This document shows, piece by piece, positions 28,051-37,749 of a stretch of DNA of 63,526 nt. The DNA comes from a virus. Its lineage: Duplodnaviria > Caudoviricetes. The notes beneath the pieces were generated by a model. It did no database searches and had not been told where the DNA came from. It was given only the letters and a program-made list of their open reading frames with translations. Each line of letters starts with the position of its first letter. Position 1 is the first letter of the stretch. Location: positions 1-63,526 of the IMG/VR virus record IMGVR_UViG_3300024182_000007. One strand, 5' to 3'. The position numbers and the translations under genes were made by a program.

Positions 28051-28592
28051 TGAGTATGAACTGCCCATCATGCGGCGATCCCATTCAGATCGGAGACTGG
28101 CCCTTCTGCTCCGGACCCGGCTCGCATCAGTCCGTATTCCAGCGCGACTCGCTCAATTTTCCCGCGATAGTCTTGTTTAAGGACCTGTCCACCGGGGAAG
28201 TCTATCCGGCGGCGCACACGTCCGAATCCACCCCCCACTTGCACGAACGCATCGAGATCAGGGATATGCGGACGGCGGACTTCTACATCCGGCAGATCAA
28301 CTCCCGCGAGCGCGAAAAGGCCGTCGATAGAAGGGAGATGAACCGGCTCTATTTTGAGGAGAGGACAAAGGAAAGAAGGGAGAAAGTCGATAGTCTCCTC
28401 GCCTCGGGCAAACTATCGAATCGGGCGCGATGGCTGGCCGAGAAAGCGCGGGCTTATGCCAACGCCAAGCATGAGAAGCGCTTCTCTAAGCCTTTGGACC
28501 CGCACGCTCATTTCCAGGCCCTCTCCTTCGACTCCTCCAATCGTATGCCCTATTCCTCCCCTGAAACCGGATGGAAGGATCGTAAAGCATGA
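28050..28592 (+). CDS. hypothetical protein with N-terminal CxxC
   Basis: ORF track; located between TerL and portal. Confidence 0.7.
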   Translation: MSMNCPSCGDPIQIGDWPFCSGPGSHQSVFQRDSLNFPAIVLFKDLSTGEVYPAAHTSESTPHLHERIEIRDMRTADFYIRQINSREREKAVDRREMNRLYFEERTKERREKVDSLLASGKLSNRARWLAEKARAYANAKHEKRFSKPLDPHAHFQALSFDSSNRMPYSSPETGWKDRKA

Positions 28593-28933
28593 CGAACGTC
28601 TCCGCGCGTTTATTTACGGAATTCGAGTGCGCCTGCCTTTCCGCCATCCGCGAGGAACCCCCTCCCCCCTCCGCCGTTCAGTGGAAGGACATTCCCATAG
28701 GGCAGATCTTTACAGGCGACTCCAGGTTGGCTCCAAGAGAGTACCCTCCCGGAATGCATACCGGCTCGTATGGATGCGAAGGCCCCTGGCTGAAAGTGTC
28801 CGGACAGATAATATACAGCTTTCAGTCCGGAGGACATTGGAACGTCTTCGTAGAATCCTCGAATATCTGGTTCGAGAAGTACCGACCGATGCGTAACGTG
28901 AGATTAGTGGAAGTTCCGGACGCCATCCGATGA
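28589..28933 (+). CDS. hypothetical protein
   Basis: ATGA overlaps on both sides. Confidence 0.6.
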   Translation: MTNVSARLFTEFECACLSAIREEPPPPSAVQWKDIPIGQIFTGDSRLAPREYPPGMHTGSYGCEGPWLKVSGQIIYSFQSGGHWNVFVESSNIWFEKYRPMRNVRLVEVPDAIR

Positions 28934-31068
28934 TCCACGATTTAGACTATCTCGCTCCTACCCCCTATAACACTCGCGGGGAGACTATCTGCACCCCTGA
29001 TGACTTACTAGCTTGGTCTCAGGCCGCCGTCAAAACCTCTAGATCCTACCTTAGGCTTCAGCCTGCCTACCCCTTTATTCAAACCGGCCTGGACATGATC
29101 AACGGCGTCTCCCCAAAGACCGGCCCTCAATCCCTCTCCGACGTCAATCTCGAACTCACCGTCCGCAACCTCAAAGAACTCGTCGCCGCGCAGACGAACA
29201 TCCGCATCATCCCCGCCTTCAAGACTGAGATCTCAGAATTCCAGGCCCAGCGCGACATCCTCAACAAGTGCTTCATGAGCTGGCAGCAGATGACCTTCGC
29301 CGACCGGCGCTTGAGAAAAGGCTGGCAATATGCATGCGGATGCGGCACGGGATATATAGGGGAGAGATGGGATAAGTCCTATCACTATAAAGGGAAAGGG
29401 GATCTCATCTGGGACGCTTACGGGCCGCTCGACGTCCTCCCTCTCGGCCTCCCTCGAAATCACGATCTTCAGAAGGCGTATTCCGTCTGCTTAAAAGTCG
29501 AAACCCCCATTCACGAGGCGATGCGCTTGTTCCCTCTGATCGCCGACCGCATCACGTCTCAGCGGGATAACGTCAAGGGGCGCGGGACCATCATCTCCCA
29601 AGCGGTAAAGTACGCATCGGCCGCCCTTAGAAAGTTCGGCCCCGGCGCCACCCAGCAGGAGGAAGTGAAACCGTGGGCGACCGTCGATATCTACTATCAC
29701 TATATCGACGACGTGAATATTAACGACTCCGGGCAGGATATGCTCATGGGCGAGCCGGGAACGAACTGGTCTTATATCGTCCCGTACGTGGGGAAGGACA
29801 TCAAAATCGGCGAGAAGAACGGCTCTCCCATCTTTCGCCGCGCCTCCCATGAAGACTGCCTCCTCTACCCTAACAAGCGCCTGATCATCTGCACCGACGA
29901 CCTCTGCTGCAACCCCGATCCGATGGTTCAATGCTCCCCGTACTGGCATGGGAAATACCCCGTCGCTCAGTTGCGGGCCGATGACTGGCCGTGGCTCTTC
30001 CTCGGCATGCCGCTAACCCGCGCCGGTCAGTCTCTTGAAAAAGCCGATAACGAGCTATTGAGGGGAGTCGTCGACTCATGCGCGGTTCGCTTATCCCCTC
30101 CCCGCAAGTTCGATCGCAACACGATGTCCGACGCCCTCGCCTCCACCCTCAACACGCGCATCCCCAACCAAGTAATCGGACTCGACATGACGTTCGGCGG
30201 CGGCGACCAGATGTCCCCTCTCCTCCCCGTCCAATACTACGAATTCCCGGCTTATATCCCCGAAGTCATCCAGCAGAATCAGGACCGCCTGACTCATCAG
30301 ATGGGAGTCGCCGACGCCGTGGCTATGTCGCGCGCCCGCCAGCTCCCCGCCGGAGACTCCATCGACAAGATGATGGAAGCGCTCGGCCCGCTAGTCCGCG
30401 ACCAGTCCCGCAACATGGAGGAATCCATCCGCGCCTTAGGAGAAATGTGGAAATCGGACTTCTTCCAGTTCATCTCCGCCCGCCGACGCATGGAGATGAT
30501 CGGGACCGACGGGCTGACGAATGAAGACTTCGACTATGACCCTGGAACGCTCATCCCTTCGACTCAGGACATCCGCAACATCCGGGACGAAGGGAAATAC
30601 GCTGTGACGATAGAGATGGAGAAGATCGACTCGTCCGACGGCGTTCCTTATTTCCAGCGCGCGCGCTGGCACAAGGACAACTTCGCGTTCTCCGTCGTCC
30701 CTTATTCTCTCCACGAACTCAACTCCATCACGCGCAAACTCTTCCACCTCCAACTGATGAGGACGGGCTTCCCGATAGATTGGTGGACCCTTGCTAACTT
30801 ATTCGACATCAAAGAGTTCGGAGAAGCCCCTCAGTTCACCGACCCTGAAACGGGAGAGAAGAGACCGGCAAGAACGGTCATGGAGAGGTATATCGTCCAG
30901 TTGGAGATCCAGCAGCGCGTGAAATCTGCTGTAGAGCAAGCGGGCGGGGGTGCAGGGGGAGGACAGAAAGGCGCCGGTCGTCCTCCTACTGGAAATCAGC
31001 CGCCAGTGTTGGAACAAAAACATCTGGACGCCGGAACGCGGTCTACTATAAGAGAGAGCCGGAGATAG
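28930..31068 (+). CDS. portal protein (P22-like size)
   Basis: 712 aa after TerL, PYWHGKYP motif, helical core, low-complexity GRPP tail. Confidence 0.85.
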   Translation: MIHDLDYLAPTPYNTRGETICTPDDLLAWSQAAVKTSRSYLRLQPAYPFIQTGLDMINGVSPKTGPQSLSDVNLELTVRNLKELVAAQTNIRIIPAFKTEISEFQAQRDILNKCFMSWQQMTFADRRLRKGWQYACGCGTGYIGERWDKSYHYKGKGDLIWDAYGPLDVLPLGLPRNHDLQKAYSVCLKVETPIHEAMRLFPLIADRITSQRDNVKGRGTIISQAVKYASAALRKFGPGATQQEEVKPWATVDIYYHYIDDVNINDSGQDMLMGEPGTNWSYIVPYVGKDIKIGEKNGSPIFRRASHEDCLLYPNKRLIICTDDLCCNPDPMVQCSPYWHGKYPVAQLRADDWPWLFLGMPLTRAGQSLEKADNELLRGVVDSCAVRLSPPRKFDRNTMSDALASTLNTRIPNQVIGLDMTFGGGDQMSPLLPVQYYEFPAYIPEVIQQNQDRLTHQMGVADAVAMSRARQLPAGDSIDKMMEALGPLVRDQSRNMEESIRALGEMWKSDFFQFISARRRMEMIGTDGLTNEDFDYDPGTLIPSTQDIRNIRDEGKYAVTIEMEKIDSSDGVPYFQRARWHKDNFAFSVVPYSLHELNSITRKLFHLQLMRTGFPIDWWTLANLFDIKEFGEAPQFTDPETGEKRPARTVMERYIVQLEIQQRVKSAVEQAGGGAGGGQKGAGRPPTGNQPPVLEQKHLDAGTRSTIRESRR

Positions 31069-31083
31069 AAGGATGGAGGACAA

Positions 31084-31269
31084 ATGCCCGCCGAACGGTT
31101 CACCAAAAAAGCCGACACTCCCAAGCGCCGCCGTCAGTGGATGCATATCTACGAATCCGCAAAGCGTCGTGGAGCTTCAAAATCATCGGCTATTCAACAG
31201 GCAAGCGGAGTTATCAAAAAGCAGTCTCGCTCAAAGCGCCGCCGCTCCGGGAAGCGCCGTAGCTATTAA
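31084..31269 (+). CDS. ChaB-like basic protein
   Basis: RRQWMHIYES......SAIQQA pattern; GGAGG SD. Confidence 0.6.
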   Translation: MPAERFTKKADTPKRRRQWMHIYESAKRRGASKSSAIQQASGVIKKQSRSKRRRSGKRRSY

Positions 31270-31418
31270 CCGATTTGAGATCCTGAAACTGTCGGTCGCC
31301 GATATCGATCTCATCCTCTCCACTATCAAACAAGAGCGGAGAACGGGCTCCCTCACTATCCACTTCTCTCAGGGACGCGCCGGGGGATACGCCGAGTTCA
31401 AGCAGCAAGTCTAGTTCC

Positions 31419-31613
31419 ATGCGTAACCTGAAAACCCATTGCCTCCGCGGGCACGAATACACGAAGGAAAACTCCGGGTATTTCAGGAACGGCGCGAGGT
31501 ACTGCAAGGAATGCAAGCGGGTCCTCGGCAACGTCCGCCAGAGGAAAATGACTGTATGGTGGAGGACTCAGGGCCGGAGCGCATCCGATCTGATATACTT
31601 GGAGCGCATGTAG
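31419..31613 (+). CDS. small zinc-finger protein (HNH-associated domain only)
   Basis: KTHCLRGHEYTKEN...RYCKEC. Confidence 0.7.
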   Translation: MRNLKTHCLRGHEYTKENSGYFRNGARYCKECKRVLGNVRQRKMTVWWRTQGRSASDLIYLERM

Positions 31614-31636
31614 AGTACTAACCGGATACAGAATGG

Positions 31637-31669
31637 GAAGGGCCGACTGACATTCGGCCCTTCTTTTTT
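31637..31669 (+). terminator. intrinsic terminator
   Basis: GAAGGGCCGA-7-TCGGCCCTTC followed by TTTTTT. Confidence 0.85.
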
Positions 31670-31939
31670 ATGACCGTCTTCATGCTCCTCCTCTCCTCCC
31701 TCATCCAAATAGTCCCTATTCTGCTGGCCGCCCGCGCCTACTCCAAATCCCCCCCTCTCATCTGATATGATGAGCGTGGGGTTTACCCTAACGACGTAAG
31801 ACGTACCCTGAGGAACCCCCGTAGGTCAAAACTAAGCAGAAATCCTCGGATGACTTGGGATGTACGATAGGCTCTTCACGCGACAATTCATAGGGCTTAG
31901 GTTCCGGGGCTGGTAATTACGGGGGACTAACTCTCGAAT

Positions 31940-32353
31940 ATGACGGAAGGCGAGCGCATCGCAATACTGGAGAGAGACTTGGCGGCTCTCGACCGCCTCC
32001 TTTCCTCCCACCGCGTCGGCCACGAGCGCGAGCACGAACTCCTCATGCAGGCCGTCGAGGAGTTCAAGTCCTACCTCAAATCCAAGCTCATCGAAATGAA
32101 CGAAGTCCGCGCCCAGATCGGGGAAGAGCGGGGAGCTTATATCACCCGAGATGCGCTCGACGCCCGTATGGCCGGTATCGAATCCCACATCTCCGCTCTG
32201 TCTCAATCGATGGACTCCCGCCTTAAGGCCATCGAAACGAAAGTCGCCAATTACGACGGGCGGCTGTGGATGATCGGCGCCGTGATGACCGCCCTTATGT
32301 TCATCATCACCATCGTTACGGAGATCGTCATCCGCATGATCTGGAAAGGCTGA
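31940..32353 (+). CDS. coiled-coil protein with one C-terminal TM helix (holin-like candidate)
   Basis: Heptad pattern followed by LWMIGAVMTALMFIITIV. Confidence 0.65.
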   Translation: MTEGERIAILERDLAALDRLLSSHRVGHEREHELLMQAVEEFKSYLKSKLIEMNEVRAQIGEERGAYITRDALDARMAGIESHISALSQSMDSRLKAIETKVANYDGRLWMIGAVMTALMFIITIVTEIVIRMIWKG

Positions 32354-32448
32354 CCTATTTCTAAAAGGAGGTGATGATATGACCCCTACATCCGGCGACG
32401 ACTGGGAGATCCTCTGGCCCCTTTTCGACTAACCCCTGAAAATAGCAG

Positions 32449-32478
32449 TTGACAGGCGCTTAAGGTTCCTGTTAAAGT
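32449..32478 (+). promoter_or_regulatory. strong sigma70-like promoter (TTGACA-18-TAAAGT, extended -10)
   Basis: Motifs read directly. Confidence 0.65.
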
Positions 32479-32525
32479 TCCAACTGAAGCGGCTCGTTTG
32501 GGCTATTCTTAGGTCACGAACCTCG

Positions 32526-32571
32526 AAGCCCCTCTGGAGACAATCCTCCTCCAGAGGGGCTTTTAGTTTTT
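32526..32571 (+). terminator. intrinsic terminator directly after the promoter
   Basis: 14-bp perfect stem AAGCCCCTCTGGAG/CTCCAGAGGGGCTT followed by a T-rich tail. Confidence 0.85.
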
Positions 32572-32670
32572 AGCCGACGATCCTCAGGTGGGCCGGTATT
32601 CTGAGTAGCCGATATACACCGCATCTCCTCTTCAAAAGGAGGCGCGACAAGTCGGGAAAGGAGAACGCCA

Positions 32671-32739
32671 ATGTTCTACGCCGAGGAAGTAGCTTACCGC
32701 CGCGGCCGCCGTGGCAAACATCGCGGCAAAAAGCGGTAA
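32671..32739 (+). CDS. 22-aa highly basic peptide
   Basis: AAGGAG SD; MFYAEEVAYRRGRRGKHRGKKR. Confidence 0.5.
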   Translation: MFYAEEVAYRRGRRGKHRGKKR

Positions 32740-32910
32740 TTCAAAATCGAGCGGATCGACTATCCGCATCTCTATTTCGTTCGTTCGCATCGTCACGAGG
32801 CGGTTTAAGACTCATCCCTTAGGCCGCCTTAAAAAGTGGAGCGTTAGTTGAAATCGATTGAGATCGTCGAACAAGGCCGGAGCACCTCCGATAACCTTAT
32901 TCTCTGATTT

Positions 32911-33243
32911 ATGTCCCCGTCCCCTTCTCCCTCCTCTTCCCCGTCTCCCGGAGCCTCCCCGTCCACTCTGGCCGGATCGAGCCTTTCTCCCGGAGCTTCT
33001 CCTGAAGCCGCTCAAGCGCAGGCGGGAGCAGATCAAACGGGGGAAGAAGGCGGCGATAAGGGCATGCAGATGACGATCCAGGAGATCCGCTCGATCGAAA
33101 CGAAACTGGTCGGTATGGCCAAACAATTCCCCTCGGCCGCCCCCAGTTTCCGCAAGACAGTCGACGCCCTCCGCTCCGCTCTCCGCCAGATCGTAGCCAA
33201 CCCTGGAAGCCCGGAGCCCTCCAGTCCCAATATCGGAGGTTAG
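32911..33243 (+). CDS. hypothetical head-module protein
   Basis: Ser/Pro-rich N-terminus, helical C-terminus; upstream of the scaffold. Confidence 0.65.
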   Translation: MSPSPSPSSSPSPGASPSTLAGSSLSPGASPEAAQAQAGADQTGEEGGDKGMQMTIQEIRSIETKLVGMAKQFPSAAPSFRKTVDALRSALRQIVANPGSPEPSSPNIGG

Positions 33244-33341
33244 AGATATGGATAAGCTGAAGGACAACTCCCAGGCTCTCCCGGCAGGATTCGATAACCA
33301 CGTTTCCCATGTATTCGTTACGTGGCCGAAAGGAGCTATCC

Positions 33342-34355
33342 ATGAATAAACAGGCTTTAGAAGCATACGTCAAGGAAGTGGCGGGAGACGATCCCGATAT
33401 CGCCTCGAAGATGCTGGAGATCCTCGGATCTAAGGAGGACGCCGCCAACCGTTTTCTCTCCGGCTTCGAGGGGAGGGCGGAGTCAACCCGCCGCTTCCAG
33501 GAGGCCGCCCAAACCAAGAAACAGGCCGAAACCCTGATAACCGATTACGAGCAGCGTCTCACTTCGGCGGACGAGAAGATCAAAAAGATCATGTCCGACG
33601 CCGCCTCCGACAAGATCTCCCTCGCCCGCGCCAAGGCCATGCTCCAGGTCGTCAAAGAGAAATACGCTCTGGCCGACGACGACATCCCCTCCGACGCCGA
33701 CGTTCGTTTCGCCGCCGATAAAGGAGTCGTCCCTAAAGACTCCGGGATCGACATCGAAGCCCGCCTCAAAACCTTCGAGGACGACCTCTTTAAGAGGATA
33801 TCGGAGAAGATCGTCCCCGAGATGAGCGGACTCGCCGCCATCCCCATCGTCTGGTCGGCCATCAACGGCGAACACTTTGAGCTTACCGGCAAGCGCCTTA
33901 CCAAACAAGAGCAGGCGGAGATCATGCGCGAGGCCCGCGAAAAGAACATGTCCCTGGAGGACGTATGGATGGCCAAGCACAACATCCCTCTCATCCGCGA
34001 GCAGAAGTCCGACGAGATCAAGAAGGCCAAATGGAAGGACGAGTGGGACAAGGCCGAACAAGCCCGCCGCACCGAGGAGGCCCTAAGCGGGGGGCAGAAG
34101 CGGGATGGTGTGGAGATGGTACCCGCTTCCCAGCGTTCTCCCCTCCTTCAAAAGAAGTTCGACGTCGAAGCTATCGATGGAGATTTCCAGCAAGAGGAAA
34201 TAAACGCCAGGAAGAGCGGATCAGACGGCCGAGGGAAGACTGACGGGAAGCATGAGGAGAAGCGGCTGAGGGGGGCGGACGCGGCGGCGGCCAACTTCAT
34301 GCGGCGGCGCTCACTTGGACTACAATGGGGCGAGCCGGAGAAGAAAGCTGGATAG
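33342..34355 (+). CDS. probable scaffolding protein
   Basis: Charged helical protein upstream of the capsid gene; AAGGAG SD before MNKQ. Confidence 0.7.
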   Translation: MNKQALEAYVKEVAGDDPDIASKMLEILGSKEDAANRFLSGFEGRAESTRRFQEAAQTKKQAETLITDYEQRLTSADEKIKKIMSDAASDKISLARAKAMLQVVKEKYALADDDIPSDADVRFAADKGVVPKDSGIDIEARLKTFEDDLFKRISEKIVPEMSGLAAIPIVWSAINGEHFELTGKRLTKQEQAEIMREAREKNMSLEDVWMAKHNIPLIREQKSDEIKKAKWKDEWDKAEQARRTEEALSGGQKRDGVEMVPASQRSPLLQKKFDVEAIDGDFQQEEINARKSGSDGRGKTDGKHEEKRLRGADAAAANFMRRRSLGLQWGEPEKKAG

Positions 34356-34364
34356 AATAGAGGG

Positions 34365-34946
34365 ATGCGTAAACTCTCTGAGAACGAACAACTCGCTTGG
34401 GCCGCTGGCTTTATGGACGGCGAAGGGTGTGTAAGCATCAGTCGTCAGAAAAGAGAACGGACCACCAAAAAAGAAGGCGATCATCGCGTGTATTACTGCT
34501 ATACGCTCGGTGTCGCCATCAGTCAGAAGAAGCCGGAGCCGCTGGAGATATTCCATCGCATGTTCGGCGGTCACTTCTTCTCCTACAAGTCCAAGGGCGT
34601 CACATACTGGCGTTGGCAGCATTGGGGTTCTGGAGCGCACGCCTGCCTCAATCAGCTTTTCTCATATCTGATCGTCAAGCGAAAGATCGCAAGCCTCTGC
34701 ATGGAATTCCAGGAGGAGATGACGGCCTGGAACCGGGAATTCGGACGTAACGGATACCCGGAGTGGATCATCAAGGCCCGTGAAGACTTCTGGATGAAAG
34801 CCCGCGTGATGAACGCGCGAAGCTGGTACGATCCGGCTAGTCCGAAGTACGAAGGCCCGAAAGCGGCATCGAAAAAGGGCCAAACCAAAGGTAAGAACGT
34901 CTATCAAAAAGGAGAACTTCGGTCTACTAAGGAATTAGTACAGTAG
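34365..34946 (+). CDS. free-standing single-motif LAGLIDADG homing endonuclease
   Basis: WAAGFMDGEGCV, ISQK, FGG, YLIVKR. Confidence 0.9.
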   Translation: MRKLSENEQLAWAAGFMDGEGCVSISRQKRERTTKKEGDHRVYYCYTLGVAISQKKPEPLEIFHRMFGGHFFSYKSKGVTYWRWQHWGSGAHACLNQLFSYLIVKRKIASLCMEFQEEMTAWNREFGRNGYPEWIIKAREDFWMKARVMNARSWYDPASPKYEGPKAASKKGQTKGKNVYQKGELRSTKELVQ

Positions 34947-34966
34947 GCTTGTAAGTTATTGATTCT

Positions 34967-36109
34967 ATGGCGGATCCGATTCTCGACGAAGTAAATTTGA
35001 CGACGCTCCCGGAAATAAATGATAGCGCCATCGAAGACCAGTTTTTTTTAGGCAGCGTGTTACAAGCGCACATCCGCGCCAAATGCCTCGTCCCCTTCAA
35101 GGGCGGCGCCTTCACCCGCAATACCTTCCTCTACAACCCTCTGAACGGCGGGGCGTATGCGAAGGGGATCGGCGGCTTCAATCTCACTAAGCCTCAGACT
35201 CTCGGCGGGACCGTCTTCGACCCGCGCTATTACGTCGTGATGATTATCGAGTATCTAGAAGATATCGACGTCCTCAATACAGGAGACCTCTCCATCTTCA
35301 GCCTGCTCGAAACGGACATGGCCAACGCCTACGAGACGATCAGCGCCATCATGGCCCTCGACATCCAGCAGAATGGAGTCATCGCCCCGCGCAACATCAA
35401 CATCAACGGATGGGTTGAAGCCATAAACGACGGGATCTACCCTTCATGGGACGGGAACATCTACACCACGTATGGGACGGCCACGCGCAACGGTGTAGTG
35501 AGGAAGGCTCTCAACGGAAACGTCTTCTGGTGCGGCAATCAGGACGGAACCGCCGGGGCGATCACCTACCCCATCATGAACGCCGCCTACGCCCTCACCC
35601 GGCGCGGTCGATTTGAACCAGACTTGGGAGTGGGGAACAAGCCGGTCATTACGTTCATTGAAAACCGCATGCAGCCGCAGCAGCGCCTCGGGCAGGAAGC
35701 TGCCTCAGTCCGAGATCCTTACTTCGGTGCGATGGGCTTCCGTTTCAAGCGGGCCATCATCATGCAGGACGACTACTTCCCCTCGGCCCTCGGCTACCCT
35801 TATTCGGACGCCACGAACGGCGGACTCGGGAACAATCTGACGGCCACTATAGCGTATGTAGCCCCGGCCGCCGTCTCGAACAACTTCCCCGTGGCCAATC
35901 AAACTCTGACGGTGGGCGAAGTTTTCGTCTTCTTCAATACGGACGACATCCGCTTCCGCGTTTCCGACTCCCGTGAGTTCGGCTTCAATCCGACGGACTT
36001 CATCCGCGCCCCGGATAACACGCGCATCGCCTCCCAGCTCAAAGCGGCCGTCAACATGGAGTTCACCGCCCCGTGGAAGCATGTGCAGCTCTTCGGGATC
36101 AACGGTTAG
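34967..36109 (+). CDS. major capsid protein
   Basis: 380 aa after the scaffold; EPDLGV, PQQR, GFRF..A.I..D motifs of HK97-fold capsid proteins. Confidence 0.85.
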   Translation: MADPILDEVNLTTLPEINDSAIEDQFFLGSVLQAHIRAKCLVPFKGGAFTRNTFLYNPLNGGAYAKGIGGFNLTKPQTLGGTVFDPRYYVVMIIEYLEDIDVLNTGDLSIFSLLETDMANAYETISAIMALDIQQNGVIAPRNININGWVEAINDGIYPSWDGNIYTTYGTATRNGVVRKALNGNVFWCGNQDGTAGAITYPIMNAAYALTRRGRFEPDLGVGNKPVITFIENRMQPQQRLGQEAASVRDPYFGAMGFRFKRAIIMQDDYFPSALGYPYSDATNGGLGNNLTATIAYVAPAAVSNNFPVANQTLTVGEVFVFFNTDDIRFRVSDSREFGFNPTDFIRAPDNTRIASQLKAAVNMEFTAPWKHVQLFGING

Positions 36110-36128
36110 TTTCAAGGAGATATAGAAT

Positions 36129-36794
36129 ATGTCACTCGGACTCACTGGCGTCTCTCTACAATCGCCGAAGCTCCCCACCGGATACTTGAACTCCCCTGGA
36201 GGCGACGTATCCCCCGGTGTCCCTCTTGTCTCCCCGTCAGGCTCCATTGTCCAGCCCTATCTCGGCCAACTAGGGGGCAAGCTCTGGGTGAGCGCCGACG
36301 ACGCGGCGAAGCTATCCGACCCGGCCACCCTCGGCGGCAATCTCTACGGCGGCGTCTATATGTACGTGCGCTTGGCCGCCGCAGCCGCCGCTCTCGGTCT
36401 CCAGCGCGGACGCCTCCTCTTCTGGGATACGTCCGTCGCTGACGATCTCTACCAAGTGACCACTCTCGAATCCCAGAATGGCGGCATCCCCATCTGGGCG
36501 GGCGTCCAGGTCAATATCCCCACCGCCGGGAATTATATCTGGATGCAGGTTCTCGGGAGGATGCGCGTGCGATGCAGGGCCGTTGTCACCGCCGCCACTC
36601 AGAACATCATCATGGCCCTCGCCGGAGCGGGAGCCGATAACGCGACTGTGGACGGTGTGGCTGCGGCTACGGCTGTGGTCTTCGGAACCGCCGGAGCGGC
36701 CATCCATCAATATCTGGGCGTAGGAGAGGTCGTGGCGGCTAATACGGCCCTCATCTCCATGACCCCCCGAGTCATGCCCGCGTGGAGGCAATAA
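36129..36794 (+). CDS. probable capsid decoration/cement protein
   Basis: Follows MCP; Y.YV and GNY.W.QV.G motifs. Confidence 0.65.
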   Translation: MSLGLTGVSLQSPKLPTGYLNSPGGDVSPGVPLVSPSGSIVQPYLGQLGGKLWVSADDAAKLSDPATLGGNLYGGVYMYVRLAAAAAALGLQRGRLLFWDTSVADDLYQVTTLESQNGGIPIWAGVQVNIPTAGNYIWMQVLGRMRVRCRAVVTAATQNIIMALAGAGADNATVDGVAAATAVVFGTAGAAIHQYLGVGEVVAANTALISMTPRVMPAWRQ

Positions 36795-36799
36795 TCCTC

Positions 36800-37018
36800 A
36801 TGGGAGCGCGCCAACTACGTCTGTTCGTCGTCCCTCATGACGGGGCGCAGAAGTTCATCGATCAGTCTCTCGCCGCCGGAGAGGAAGTGTTCCAACTCCC
36901 CTCCACTCCCGATCACAGCATCATCGGACTGACGGCGCCGCAATCTGCTAAGGTGGAAGTCAAGGAAGCCAAGGAAGTCAAAGAAGAGAAACCGGCTTCC
37001 AAAGGAGCGAGCAAATGA
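36800..37018 (+). CDS. hypothetical protein
   Basis: GGAGG SD; ORF track. Confidence 0.55.
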   Translation: MGARQLRLFVVPHDGAQKFIDQSLAAGEEVFQLPSTPDHSIIGLTAPQSAKVEVKEAKEVKEEKPASKGASK

Positions 37019-37173
37019 GCTGGATCGACATCCTCAAAGAGATCCTCGGCATCGTCGTGCAGATCCTCGGTTCCATCCATCCGACGTCCGCTCAATCGGT
37101 CATCACTCAATCGGACGGCCAGAAGATCACCGGCCAGCTCCGCCAGTTAGCGGACCAGATCGAAAGAGGCTAA
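37015..37173 (+). CDS. 52-aa amphipathic protein
   Basis: Hand translation MSWIDILKEILGIVVQILG...; AAGGAG SD; ATGA overlap. Confidence 0.6.
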   Translation: MSWIDILKEILGIVVQILGSIHPTSAQSVITQSDGQKITGQLRQLADQIERG

Positions 37174-37181
37174 CTCTCTAT

Positions 37182-37538
37182 ATGAAGCCTTATCCTACTC
37201 AGGGCGAATATCCGGCGGTCCCCGGCAATAAGATCTGGAGTCCCGCCGACGTCCTCGGCCCCACGTCGTACGCCGTGATCGTCCCCGCCTCCCCTCTAGT
37301 CACCGGCGGCCAGTTGATCGCCGCGTCCAAATTCGGCATGAAGTACCTGGAGATGGTCTTTCACGGGACCTCCGACGACGGGTCTTATATCGTCGTGGCC
37401 TATCTCGTCCCCTTTCAGACGGGACAGCCATCCACATCGGTTCGCCTGCAATGGATCACCGCCGCCACCGGAGCGGAAGTTGTCGCCACTACGAATCTTT
37501 CGGCGCGTACGGTGAGAGTCTGGGCGATCGGATCTTGA
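37182..37538 (+). CDS. probable minor virion protein
   Basis: GP.SY...GG, G.EV....NLS...VR....G beta-rich pattern. Confidence 0.6.
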   Translation: MKPYPTQGEYPAVPGNKIWSPADVLGPTSYAVIVPASPLVTGGQLIAASKFGMKYLEMVFHGTSDDGSYIVVAYLVPFQTGQPSTSVRLQWITAATGAEVVATTNLSARTVRVWAIGS

Positions 37539-37548
37539 GTATATTCAT

Positions 37549-37749
37549 ATGCCTATCCTCCAGATCATCGTCATTCTTCTCGTTCTGGCTTTAGTCTGGT
37601 GGATCTTCTCCACCTACGTACTTCCGCGCGTCCCCGAACCATTCAAAACCATCATCATCGTCGTCCTCGCCTTGGCCGCCTGCTTCTGGCTTCTGACTTG
37701 GGCGGGGATCATTCCCGGCAGCGCGTGGAATTTCAGGAGCGTGCGATGA
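37549..37749 (+). CDS. small two-TM membrane protein (holin candidate)
   Basis: Two hydrophobic helices linked by PEPFK. Confidence 0.75.
   Translation: MPILQIIVILLVLALVWWIFSTYVLPRVPEPFKTIIIVVLALAACFWLLTWAGIIPGSAWNFRSVR

Noticed and set aside
31073-31414. 113-aa ORF overlapping the ChaB-like gene
   Set aside because: Only the C-terminal ~45 aa look protein-like and no clear start was found; left uncalled
34355-34967. Group I intron around the LAGLIDADG gene
   Set aside because: Flanks are too short for a ribozyme core; scaffold and MCP have their own stop and start
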